Assembly: GCA_951406725.2 (NCBI GenBank)
Contig: OX597815.1
Location: 60,512,001-60,576,000 of the forward strand
Source: Octopus vulgaris
Taxonomy: Eukaryota
Length of the DNA: 64,000 bases
Direction of reading: 5' to 3'
This document shows, in pieces, positions 13,382-24,847 of this stretch. Under the pieces are notes generated by a model. It was not told the DNA's origin and made no database searches. It saw only the letters and a list, made by a program, of their open reading frames with translations. Each line of letters begins with the position of its first letter. The stretch's first letter is position 1. Made by a program: the position numbers and the translations under genes.

Positions 13382-14043
13382 CAAGATAAGAAAATAGAGA
13401 AATACATCTAAATCAAATATCAATTACAAGATAATACTCAATCACATACTTTATTAAACCACCACATAAGAGACTGTAGGGTTAAATATAAAAAGTAGAA
13501 CTAATCAGTGTACATAAAGGAAAGTACATAAAAAAGTGTACATAAAAGAGTAATGTTGTATAATAAGTAGAATATATATAAAAGAGAATATAAATATAAG
13601 TAAATATAAATATAAGTATAGATTACATCTTACAGCTGTTTCGGCCATGTAGATAAGTATGTCTCATTTTACCAATATTAGCCCTTTATGGTTGGTCAAT
13701 ATATAGATATAAATGAGACATTTACAAAAATATCATAAGGCCTCTTCGGAGATTATGTAATATAACTCAGTCTACATATATACCCACATGGGTGTGGGTG
13801 CATACCCACAATACAACATATACATATACATATGAGTGCATATACTCACACTCCTATAAATATAAAAATATACATTTATATATATATATATATATACGAC
13901 GGGCTTCTTTCAGTTACAGTCAACCAAAACCACTCACGAGGCTTTGGTCGGCCCGAAGACACTTGCCTAAGGTTCCTTGCAGTGCAACTGAACCCGGAAC
14001 CATGTGGTTGGTAAGCAAGCTTTTTACCTCACAACCACGTCTG
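13093..14043 (-). mobile_element. Octopus OK/OR-type tRNA SINE, split by an insert at ~13381-13790
   Basis: Head at 13898-14043 (reverse complement: cgtggttgtgaggtaaaaagcttgcttaccaaccacatggttccgggttcag). 3' part at 13093-13288. Same family as 33053-33484 and 53194-53495. Confidence 0.85.
13622..13761 (-). ncRNA. Type I hammerhead motif with extended stem II; U4C variant core
   Basis: Minus strand: atct-CCGAAGA-ggcc-[~90 nt including the hairpin tgtctcattt/aaatgagaca]-ggcc-GAAA-cagctg-TA-agat. Confidence 0.6.
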
Positions 14044-14694
14044 TTTGTAAGTATTTTGTCCTCGGTATAACTTTAAACTGCATCCGGTATTGGAGTCTTG
14101 GTTTAGGAGTTCCAGGGTTTGAGTGGGGTGGAACCATCTCTTAGCCACTATTGTACTCAGATCTACCCTGACCCAGAGTAGAAGCACCTGTGAGGGTCTC
14201 ACCTAAGGGTCAACTAGCATATTTGACGTCAATCCATCTGAGCGCGGGGACGCAGAAATACCCTTGGCTGATGTCAGTGAGCTCAGTAAAACCACCGAGT
14301 GGGAGAAACTCCTGGAAGTTTTCACAACATCCTTCTACAAGATGGGCATTCTGATGTATAAAACCTGCGGTTTCACGTGATTACAGGCTATCTGGCCTCA
14401 GCCTATTACTAATAATCACAGAGTCTCTTTATGATGACCTCATTCCATTAATGAAAGTTCTATGGCATTGGAAGAGTGGTGGCGTGTTCAGGCCTAACCG
14501 AATGGAAGTGCACATTAAGCCTCTCATCTATGCTTAAAATTATGCAGATCTGCAACGGGACTGAATAGTCATCTAAGGGGTCATAGACAGAGAGCCAGAA
14601 ATGTTATTGACGACAAAGCTCACGGAGACGGCTATCACCTGTAATGATGGAACAGTCACTATGAATGTGTGTGTGTGTGGGTGTGTGTGTGTAC

Positions 14695-15640
14695 ATGAGG
14701 CAACGAGATTTGATACTTCCACTCCATCATAGCAATCCATGAATAGATCATAAAGTACATTACCGTGTTTCTTGACCCAGACAAAATTGAATTGAAATAA
14801 TAATGACTTCCTTACATTCATAATTAATATCAGCGTCGGTTTTGTAGTGTATAGTTTTCCTAGGAGATTACTGCAAAAGGTTGGGTAAGATTCTACGATA
14901 CCAAAATGAACAAATTAAAACTCTTTATAGTGTGGCAATTACAATTACACTGTGTTAAATAAGTTACTAGTCTAATTTTATTTGCGAAATCTAATGTTTA
15001 TCCAGTTGGCTTTTCATTGAATTGGAGAGTCTACATTTACTTTTTCCTGCAAAGTTATCCTTATTGTCCTTCAATGTTAAATACGGTTACAGTGGACTAA
15101 GGTGTTTTGTACTATTTTTTGTGTTTAACTTTGTGGCAAAGAATTTCACCTTGTAGTGTATACTGTTGCCTATATTTGGATTAGTGTTTGTATGCATTTG
15201 CTATGCAGTCTAATCTTAATTTACTGTGAATGCTTCTCTGAGCCTAATATAGGCTTTTGGTCTGAAATGCTTGAACGAATATACTGTTGTAATGAATTTT
15301 TTTTAACGTATCTTGAATATTATTAATATAATTATTGCATGTAACTGTCTTAGCAGTCTGACTGTGTCTCTTAAAGTTTCCAAGTTTTCTTTTGTGAAAG
15401 TATCTATTTATTGGGAAATCGAATTTGTTGTCCTGAGGTAAATTTGTAGTAATTTCTCCTTCCAATTTATTGTTCTTAACATACTCTCAGTTTCCTCAGT
15501 TAATGGCTTGGTGCAAAGTCTCTTCAGTGGAATGGCCGTGTTTAGCAGAAAGTGGCTAATTGTTTGACTTTCTTTTACTGAGTACCATCTTCTCAGCACT
15601 TTTAAAGTGTTCAGCCACATAGAAAAATCTGCGGACATAA
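14695..15640 (-). pseudogene. Penelope-like RT relic
   Basis: IFVQAFQTKSLY (~VFVPADKTxNLY) and RKSLLFQFNFVWVKKHGNVLYDLFMDCYDGVEVSNLV (~RKSLLF..WVKK..FDVTMGSYDGAEVCELV). Confidence 0.8.
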
Positions 15641-15814
15641 AGGAGGATTCTCGTAACGAATATAAGAAAAAGTACGTTGTAAACTTTAGTCATTTAATTT
15701 ATCTGCCTGAGAGTAGAGTTTGGGGAAAAAGAGATTTCGAGAAGTAGCTCAGAGAACATCAGCTAAACAAATGTTATATAGTGTGTGTGTGCGGATTGAG
15801 AGTTAGCGACATTC

Positions 15815-15897
<83 letters not shown>

Positions 15898-16431
15898 TGT
15901 ATGCGTGTGTGTGTGCGCGCGCATAATTATTGCGTTTCGGCATAACGGTACTAATAGCTTGAGACAAGTCAATATACATATGCTTCAAGATAAGGCGTTA
16001 TGCAAGTACAGAGAAGTAACACGAATTGATGGAATGGTAATAGAATAGGAATTACTTCATCACCTTCGTTAGCTTACAGCTCTTTCTCTTATACGAAGTG
16101 TATATTTATTTAGGAAAATATTGAAATGTACAGAAAATTGTGCCCTTGAAATGATATATACGTAATGCAATAACACAGAAGCGCATACACAAGAACTATA
16201 TTCATATATACATACGTACATACATACACGCATATACAAACACTCACACACACATACACACACACGCGCGTACACACATGCACACACATACACATGTATA
16301 TGAATATATATATGCGTGTTTGTGTGTGCATGATATAACATTACATAACATAATATATTTAATAATAATAATGATTATATATATACATATATATATAAAT
16401 ACATATATATGTATATATATATGAGTATATA

Positions 16432-16510
<79 letters not shown>

Positions 16511-16514
<4 letters not shown>

Positions 16515-17872
16515 AAGATTATTTGCCAACATAATGTGGTAGTCCTGGTTAGGACAGATGTTACTGCTATTTATCCCCAAGAAATATCGTCTCCAGTTGG
16601 CTATCGACGCGCTAACTTTCAATATCTATGTAAGTGAAATGCGAAAAGTTTGTTTGTCTCATTTTGGGATTGGAACAGGTTAAGTGGCACTAGATGGGGT
16701 TGGATTGGCTCCAAAATTTACAGGGACATGTAAAAAGAGGCGAGGAAGTGAGTGAACTAGGTTAGAAACTCCTATCTCAAAAGCTGTGGTTGCTAAGGCA
16801 ACAAAACTCACACTTTGACAAGTGTTTGTTGTTTCTCTCTTTCGTATATCAGCCTGTCTTCCACCATCTCTCTCTTTCCTTCCTTCCCTCCACTTTCTCT
16901 CTATAACGACGTTTGACAGCTTCGTCTCTCTGTCACTCTTTCTTCCACCACCTCTCTCACTGTACGCCTGTCTGTATCTACAGAGTGAAAGCGTTGACAG
17001 CCGCAAAAGTTTAAATATTCCCGCTAATCTTAATATATTATCGTCATCAACCCCTAGACATTAGTGACGGTAATCAATATCTATAATGCTGAAATGCGAA
17101 AAAGTTGTTTGATTTCTTGGTTATTTGTTTCATTTTGGGATGAAAACGGTTTAAGAGGCAGATTCTCATTTTTACGTATTTTTGCCTTTTATTTTTTATT
17201 GTTTACAGTTTTCATTTTTTCTGAAAGAAATTTACAGCTGCATGTAGCCAGTGTTTAGAGCTTTCATTTGCATGGTCAATCGTCGAAAAATTCCCAAAAT
17301 AAGTACTAAATTTAACAAAGAAATCCTTTTTCTCCTTATTTTTCATCGCTCAAATAGTGGCACGTACAAAAGGCAAATGTGCTTTCCGTTGTCACTGCCT
17401 GATATTTATGATTGATCATTCAAAATATTTCCTTTCTCAACTTACTCAAGATCTTTTTTTTTATAAATGGGAGAGAGATAGATAGAGAAGGATAGAGAGT
17501 AAAAGAAAGCAAGGGAGAGTCCGGGAGAAAAGAAGAGTAAGAGAGTGGGAAAGTGAGAAAGGAGAAACAAATAGGGAGAATGTGGTTATAAGGAAGCAAC
17601 AGAAAGTAACAACCACACCCTCGCCGCACGTAGAGCGGGTCACCTTAAGCTAGTCTTCCTTATATTTTCGAACAAGGGAGTTTAGTGCCCTCACTCAGCT
17701 CTAATAATTTTCATATTTATGAGATCAGTAACTGTGTCATTTTGAAAAGTGTATATTTTGAACAAGAATCTAGTGCCGCCATCCAGCTGGAGACGATATT
17801 TCCTGGAGCTAAAGCACTGCAACATTCATCCTAACCAGGACTGCCACATTATGTTGGCAAATAGCCTTTACT
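16511..17872. mobile_element. ~1.36-kb segment bounded by ~90-bp inverted repeats (MITE-like, or two opposed repeat copies)
   Basis: 16511-16600 is the diverged reverse complement of 17783-17872. Related sequence at 60471-60625 and 48108-48170. Confidence 0.65.
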
Positions 17873-17994
17873 CTAGAGTACTGTTACTGAATGTTTCTTG
17901 TTCATGGATTTAGAATTAATAATCTTTCTATTTATGAGATCATAAATTACCACGAAAGCAACTTAAACCGTCCAAAGGACCTGTGCGTTTGCTA

Positions 17995-18058
<64 letters not shown>

Positions 18059-18060
18059 AG

Positions 18061-18119
<59 letters not shown>

Positions 18120-18277
18120 AAATAACTAAAGTCAGTTGGGTGTGAAGTTCAGAGCAGCACTCAACCTGAAAACTGGGTTATCAACACTGTCGGGATCCAA
18201 GCGAACACCAGAATACTTCTGGCGTAGAAAATTCAAGTTTCACGACAATTATATCGTCATATGGTTTGGCGTAGAGG

Positions 18278-18680
18278 ACAATGAAAAGAGGACAAAGAAA
18301 ATTCTTTAAAAATATTTTTAATTATATGCTACACGTTTTCGTAACATCTCCATTTGCAACGCCACTTTACGCGAAAATTCTAAAAGAAAAATTACGTAAT
18401 ATATGTGGTTTGGGGCATTGGAGAGGCAATTCCTCAGACTTGCCTCAAAGTTATGCTATTACATTGTTCATCTATCAAATTTTGTTGTTATAAGGATGCA
18501 AATATCAGACCTCGTTGCACAATGTAATAGCATGACCTTGATGCAAATCTGAGGAATTGCCTCTCTAATGCCCCAGAATTTTCGTGTAAACTGGCATCGC
18601 CAAATGGGGATGGTACGGAAACATGTGTAACGTATAACTAAAGATGCGTTAAAGAATTTTCTTTGTCTTCTTTTTATTGT
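18278..18680. mobile_element. Foldback/MITE-like imperfect palindrome
   Basis: Arms 18278-18467 and 18519-18680 are reverse complements (gaggcaattcctcaga / tctgaggaattgcctc; gacaaagaaaattcttt / aaagaattttctttgtc). ~50-bp spacer and a ~30-nt extra stretch in the left arm. Confidence 0.8.
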
Positions 18681-20997
18681 GCGTGTGTATACATACATAT
18701 ATATATATATGTGTGTGTGTGTGTGCGCGTGTATGAAAGTAAACGTGTGTGTGGGGGGATTGTGTCTCTGTGTATGGAGGCAAATTCGTATACAGTGATA
18801 CCTGTTCATAGATGGATAGAAACACAGACACCAATATACAGACATGAACACATTCGTATACAAATACATTACATCCACACACATACACATACACAAGCGT
18901 TTCTTGCTTCACAACTACAACTACTACTACCGTCACCACCACTGTTACTACAAACTTTATCTGTTAATTAATTAAGTCCTACTCCACCCTTTACCGTCGT
19001 TAGAAACAACACTCACCACCACTACAGACGTTAGAACCGCCTCCACCTCCATTACCTTCAATCCTCTCGCCAACCCCACCAACACCGCTACTACCACCAC
19101 CATGATCAGCCCTACACTGGGCGCATCAAACCACGCACAAACCGCACATTTACTCTTTGCAACTGTTCTCGCTCTCTCACTCACACTCTCTTCTTCTCTG
19201 CCTGTCTGTCTGTCTGTCTGTCTGTCTCTGTCTCTCTCTCTCTCTCTTTCACTCACACTCTCTTCTTCTCTGCCTGTCTGTCTGCCTGTCTGTCTGTCTC
19301 TCTCTCTCTCATTCTCTCACTCTCTCTTAAAGCATCACTCCCCCTAGTGTTCATTCCATAAATTCTAAATCATGACTGACATAATCTTCAAAAACATGAA
19401 GATGAAGGTGGTGGTGGTGGTGGTAGTGTTGGTGGGGGTGAGGACGATGACGACTACGACGACCATCACCAAGAACAACAACAGAATTAACGAGCCACAG
19501 ATGGCACCTTTCCTTGATTTGCTGAAAAGAGCAACCAAATAAAATCTTACCTATTATAAAAGGACAGTCATACTGGATAAAGATGTCTTAGATATACTAA
19601 ATGATGTATTGGACACGGATGGACAATTTCTGATACTATGTCTTTTCAGACGAAGTAGAATTGGAACTAGATAACAACAGCAATAAACATAACAAGCATT
19701 GTAGCCAACAACAACAACAACAACGTCATCAACAAATTCATTAATATTAGAAACACCATCACCACTAACATCACCACCACCATTACAACCCCTACTGCCA
19801 CCACCATCACCATCACCACCGTCAGCAAGAATAATTTAACATCACCACCACACCATAAACTGCAACTACTATCGTAACAACAATAACAAAAGCGAAGACA
19901 CCACCACCACCAACACCACCGCCACAACCTCTAACGCACCCACTCCCATCCCAGAAAACTACCCCCCACCCTCTTCCTTCATCACTAATGGAGTCGATGA
20001 CTTAATTAGCTTGAAATTCATTTCCGTTGGCATCGTAAATAACATAGGAGGCGCTGGTGTGGATGGAATGGTGGTGTTGTTTTTGTTGTTGCTGTGTTAG
20101 CGGTGGTGGTGGTGGTGGTAAACGTGATTCGTCGATGGAAACTGGTTACTGAGTGGGGGAGAATTTGGTGGTGGTAAGAATTTGGCGGTGGTAAGAATTT
20201 GGCGACATATTGGTTAATGTAATGATGATGGTGTTAGTGGTGATGGAGGTGGTAATCGTTGTTGTGGTGGTGGTTGTATTGATGATTGTGATATTGATGT
20301 TGATGGGCGTAGTGGTGACGGTAGTGTTCTTGACGGCGGAGATTGGGTGAAGATGGTGGTGGTGGTGATCAGGATGTTGGTGGAGAGAGTAGAGAAAGGG
20401 GAAATTTACGTGATGAAAATAGTGAGATCTTTAAGGTGGAGTGGTGATGGGGTATGGGAATTAGGTGATACTAATCATAATGGAGATGGTGGCATGAACG
20501 GTGGAAGTGGTAATGATGTTGGTGGTGATGGTGATGGTGGTGGTGGTGATGATGATGGTAATGATAGTGATGGTGGTGGTGTGAATTAAGTAATGATGGT
20601 GGTAATGAAGCCGGTAATGGTAAAGTTGTGGTGATAGTGTCGGTGGCGTTGGTGAAATCTGAGGAATTTCTTTGTGGTAGGAAAGTAGGATAGAAAGAGA
20701 GAATTCTAGCTGGAAGATGAAGTGACGTAACGAGGGAGGGAGAGAGACAGACAGACAGATAGATAGAGAGATAGAGAAAGAGAAAGAGAGAAGAAAGCGA
20801 CAGGGAGGAGAAAGGTGTATACCAAGATATAGAAAGGTTGGGTGAGAAATTGGGAGGTATTTGTTGAGAGAAGGGGGGAGGAAAGAAAGGTGAGAGAGAA
20901 AAATGAGAAACTCAACACAGTTGAAGTTAAAAATTATGGCACACCAATCTGGAAATTGTTAAGCAATCAGATTGATTCTCTACCTTCGGCGTCCATA

Positions 20998-21062
<65 letters not shown>

Positions 21063-21184
21063 CACGCAAACACATACACAAACACATATACACATATACA
21101 TATGTACACACATATATTTTCTGAACATATATGTGTGTGTGTATAGGCGTGCATGTATAACAAAAACGCATTTTATATATGAAA

Positions 21185-21232
<48 letters not shown>

Positions 21233-21277
21233 AGAGAGAGAGAGGGGGGGATTGAGAGAGAATATATATATATATGT

Positions 21278-21354
<77 letters not shown>

Positions 21355-21540
21355 TAAACAGAGACAAACAGGTAGACAACGACAAAAACAAAGAAACAGA
21401 TAGACAAAGAATGATAGAGATGGAGGTAGAGCATGTATGTATATGTGAACGTGCTTTATTTAATCTAATTAACTCTGAATTTCTTATACTGAAACTGTTC
21501 AGACGTTTTAAGACGCATATTGTGAAGGGCATATGTACCC

Positions 21541-21578
<38 letters not shown>

Positions 21579-21584
21579 CCTCCT

Positions 21585-21723
21585 TTTTTACTTGTTTAAG
21601 TCATTTGATAGCAATCATGCTGGAGCAGCACCTGACGGGGTTTTAGTCGAACAAATCAACCCCAGGACTTATTCCTTGTAAGCCTTGTTCTTATTCTATC
21701 GTTCTCTTTTGCTGAAATGCTAA
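21585..21723 (-). mobile_element. OK/OR-type SINE 3' fragment
   Basis: gtcatttga...catgctggagca...ttagtcgaacaaatcaacccca matches the tail of the 13.1-kb copy. Confidence 0.75.
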
Positions 21724-22578
21724 AACATTCAGATAGGGACCGTTGGACTCTTACACGAATTGTTAGAAAGGATCACAAAAGTACAGCTCCCAAAATTACT
21801 GCAGAGCTTAATGACCACCTCGAAAACCCAGTTTCCACAAAAACTGTTCGCCGGGAACTGCACGAAGCCGGATTTCACGGGAGGGCTGCAATCAGAAAAC
21901 AAATACTTTCAAAAGCAAACCTTGCAAAACGTTTAGAGTGGAGTAAAAACCAACAGAATTGGTCCCTAGAGAAGTGGAAGAATATTATTTTCTCGGACGA
22001 GTCATCCTTTACCTTATTTCCGACCACCGGACGGGCATACGTCTGGAGACAGCTAAAGAAGCATTTGACTCAGACCGCCTTCTTCCACCTGTTAAGCCTG
22101 GAGGAGGATTGTGATGATCGCAGTGGGGGGGGGGCTATATCTTGGAAATCCGCTGGGCTAATGGGTTCCTTTCATGGCAGAATTAATAATCAAGACTATT
22201 TAAGCATTTTATCTGATCAAATTCATCCTATGGTTGCGGAACTATTTCCGGGGAAAAGTGCAAATCTGGATAGCACGAGGAACATTCTAGTGAAGTTGAA
22301 CATCTTATCGGCCACCATAGTCCCCAGATCTCAATATTATTGAACATTTATGGTACATTTTAGAAAAAAACAAGTAAGGAGTCGATATCTTCTACAAGAA
22401 CTGGAAACTGTTTTAGCTGCAGAATGGACAAAAATTCCTTTGGAAACAGTTCAAACTTTCTACGAGTCCAAACCTCGTAGAATTCAAGATGTAATTACTG
22501 CCAAAGGCAGTCCTACCCCATATTAAAATGAATTTGCTTGAAATTTTCAGGTGCCCCCATTATTTTGTCCAATCCCTG
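21724..22578 (+). mobile_element. 5'-truncated Tc1-like transposon
   Basis: STKTVRRELHEAGFHGRAAIRK...IIFSDESSF; SPDLNIIEHLW in a shifted frame; right TIR cattattttgtccaatccctg followed by TA. Confidence 0.9.
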
Positions 22579-22625
22579 TACATATATATACATATATACA
22601 TAGTACTTACATATACACACATATA

Positions 22626-24208
22626 GAGTTGCGGCCAAAATGTTCAGAACGGCATTGTTTTCGTCAGAATAGTAAGTATAAGTTTTTATCAAAGTTGTTT
22701 TATATTCTATAATTTTCACAGACAATAAATACAATATTAATTTTTACTGTCTAAGATTTTGGTGTAATTTGTGAGGAGAATACAAAAGTTATGGATGATT
22801 TAGTGATTTACTGCAAAACCTATGGCGGCCAAAATGATCAGAACGGTTGAAAAAATAATAAAAAATGACAGAGAATACTGGTATTATTTAATATTTAGTG
22901 TGAAGCCCTTTAGCTTCAATCACACTCTGACATCTTCGACTGCATGAGGAAATTAAATTTTCAATTTCTTGCTGGGGTGATCTTATTCCATTCTTCCTGA
23001 AGGGAATTCCATAATTGCTCAGTTGTTTTAGGATTTCTGGCTTTCGAACGTTCTCCTAGAATATTCCATACATTTTCAATAGGATTGAGATCTGGGCTTT
23101 GAGCAGGCCAATCCATAACAATAACCTTTTCAACCTTGAAGAAGTTCATGACTACCTTAGCCTTGTGACATGGGGCGTTGTCCTGCATGAATATGGGTGG
23201 TCGCTTAGTTGAATTTCTCAGCACAGGCAAGACATGATCTTTTACAAGTTGTTTATAAACTCCTGCATTTACCTTTCCATGTAATCGTACCAAAGGGCCC
23301 ACACCATCTCCAGATATCATCCCCCAAACCATGACACTTCCTCCACCGAATTTAACACTAGTCTTAAGGCGTTTAGGCGACAATTTTTCACCTACTTTTC
23401 TACAAACGTACCTTTTCCCATCTGAGCCAAATAACATAAACTTAGATTCATCACTGAAATGCACCGTTTGCCATTTTTCTTGAGACCACAACACATGTTC
23501 GGTTGCAAAGGTAAGGCGACACTTTTTTATTCTTGGAGCTGATCAGTGGCTTCACTGCAGGTGCTCTTGCTTGTAGGTCATGTTCAACTAAACGACGAGA
23601 CACAGTTTTGAGAAACAGCGGAAGCAGTTTTAAATATGTCCTTTTTAACCAACTTTACCATAGCACGATCTTCTCTCTTGGTCGTTTTTCTTGGCCTACC
23701 TTTAAACTTTCTTGCTTCACACGAACCACAATCATCGTAGACCTTAAGAATACCGTGTACAACACCTTTTGACTTGTTAACAATCTTTGCAATAGATCCA
23801 ATACTTAAATTATCCTTCCTTCGAAGCTTAATAATCTGCTGACAAATTTGTAACGGAGTAAGTGGCATTATATTAACAAAGTACACTGCAAATATTCTTA
23901 CTAATGTTTAGTAAAGGAACCGTCAGGTAAACAAATTCAAAACATTAGAGTTCGCCGGTTAAATATACTAAAACACGGAGTAAAAGCAACCGTTCTGATC
24001 ATTTTGGCCGCCATGGGTTTTGCAGTAAAATCACTAAATCACCCATAACTTTTGTATTGTCCTCTCAAATTACACCAAAATCTTAGACAATAAAAATTAA
24101 TATTGTATTTATTGTCTGTGAAAATTATAGAATATAAAACAACTTTGATAAAAAAATATATCTACTTTTCTCACGAAAACAATGCCGTTCTGAACATTTT
24201 GGCCGCCA

Positions 24209-24211
<3 letters not shown>
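22626..24211 (-). mobile_element. Full-length Tc1 element of IR/DR type (~1.59 kb), frameshifted DD34E transposase (~23868-22895)
   Basis: ~224-bp TIRs (22626-22849, 23987-24211), each carrying two gcggccaaaatg(t/a)tcagaacgg direct repeats. TA flanks; motifs FSDESK, FMQDNAPCH, SPDLNPIENVW. Confidence 0.96.
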
Positions 24212-24270
<59 letters not shown>

Positions 24271-24284
24271 ATATATTAATAAAT

Positions 24285-24739
24285 ATAAGGGTAGCAAAAA
24301 ATTCTAGAAAAAGTTCTCCGCTACCAGCGGTCCAGCGAGAAAGAAAAGATAGTCAAAGACTATATAATATACATTCAAAAATATAAGGAATGGCCATAAT
24401 AGGATATTCGACTCACTAGAAAGAGCAGCCAAACTCAAACCGCTAATAGTTATAATTCTGAAATTGAAAGAGAAATAAAAACGTTTACCTCTTTCATCTC
24501 TGGACTATGCATAGTTTCGGCAAACTTTGGTAAACAAATTAATTAAATTAAATTAAATATATTTACAACTGGCGTGACTCGTCAGCAGAGAAGCCAAGGA
24601 CGAGTATATATCTACGAGGCGATGGTAAGGAAGCCTCCAGTCTATATGTTATAAATTTTCAAAATCTACCGCAATCGTGCGGTCTTCTCAGCAGCAAATA
24701 TAAACTGCTGACTTAATTTGAAAATTAGCCAAAAAATCA

Positions 24740-24745
<6 letters not shown>
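24285..24745 (-). mobile_element. ORF-less, HHR-bearing PLE/retrozyme-like insert between (TA)n tracts
   Basis: Contains an HHR. Shares ggaatggcc..aatagg..attcg..cactagaaagagcagc and gggtagcaaaaaattc segments with 38525-38620. Confidence 0.55.
24497..24591 (-). ncRNA. Type I hammerhead ribozyme, canonical core with GUC cleavage triplet
   Basis: Minus strand: tctctg-CTGACGA-gtca...tgcc-GAAA-ctatgcatag-TC-cagaga. 6-bp stem I, palindromic stem III (ACTATGCATAGT), one mismatch in stem II. Confidence 0.8.
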
Positions 24746-24821
<76 letters not shown>

Positions 24822-24847
24822 GTATATATATATATGTATATATATAT

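Noticed and set aside
19380-20660. Gly/Asp/Val-rich coding region
   Set aside because: Degenerate (GGT/GAT/CAC)n low-complexity sequence with frequent stops.
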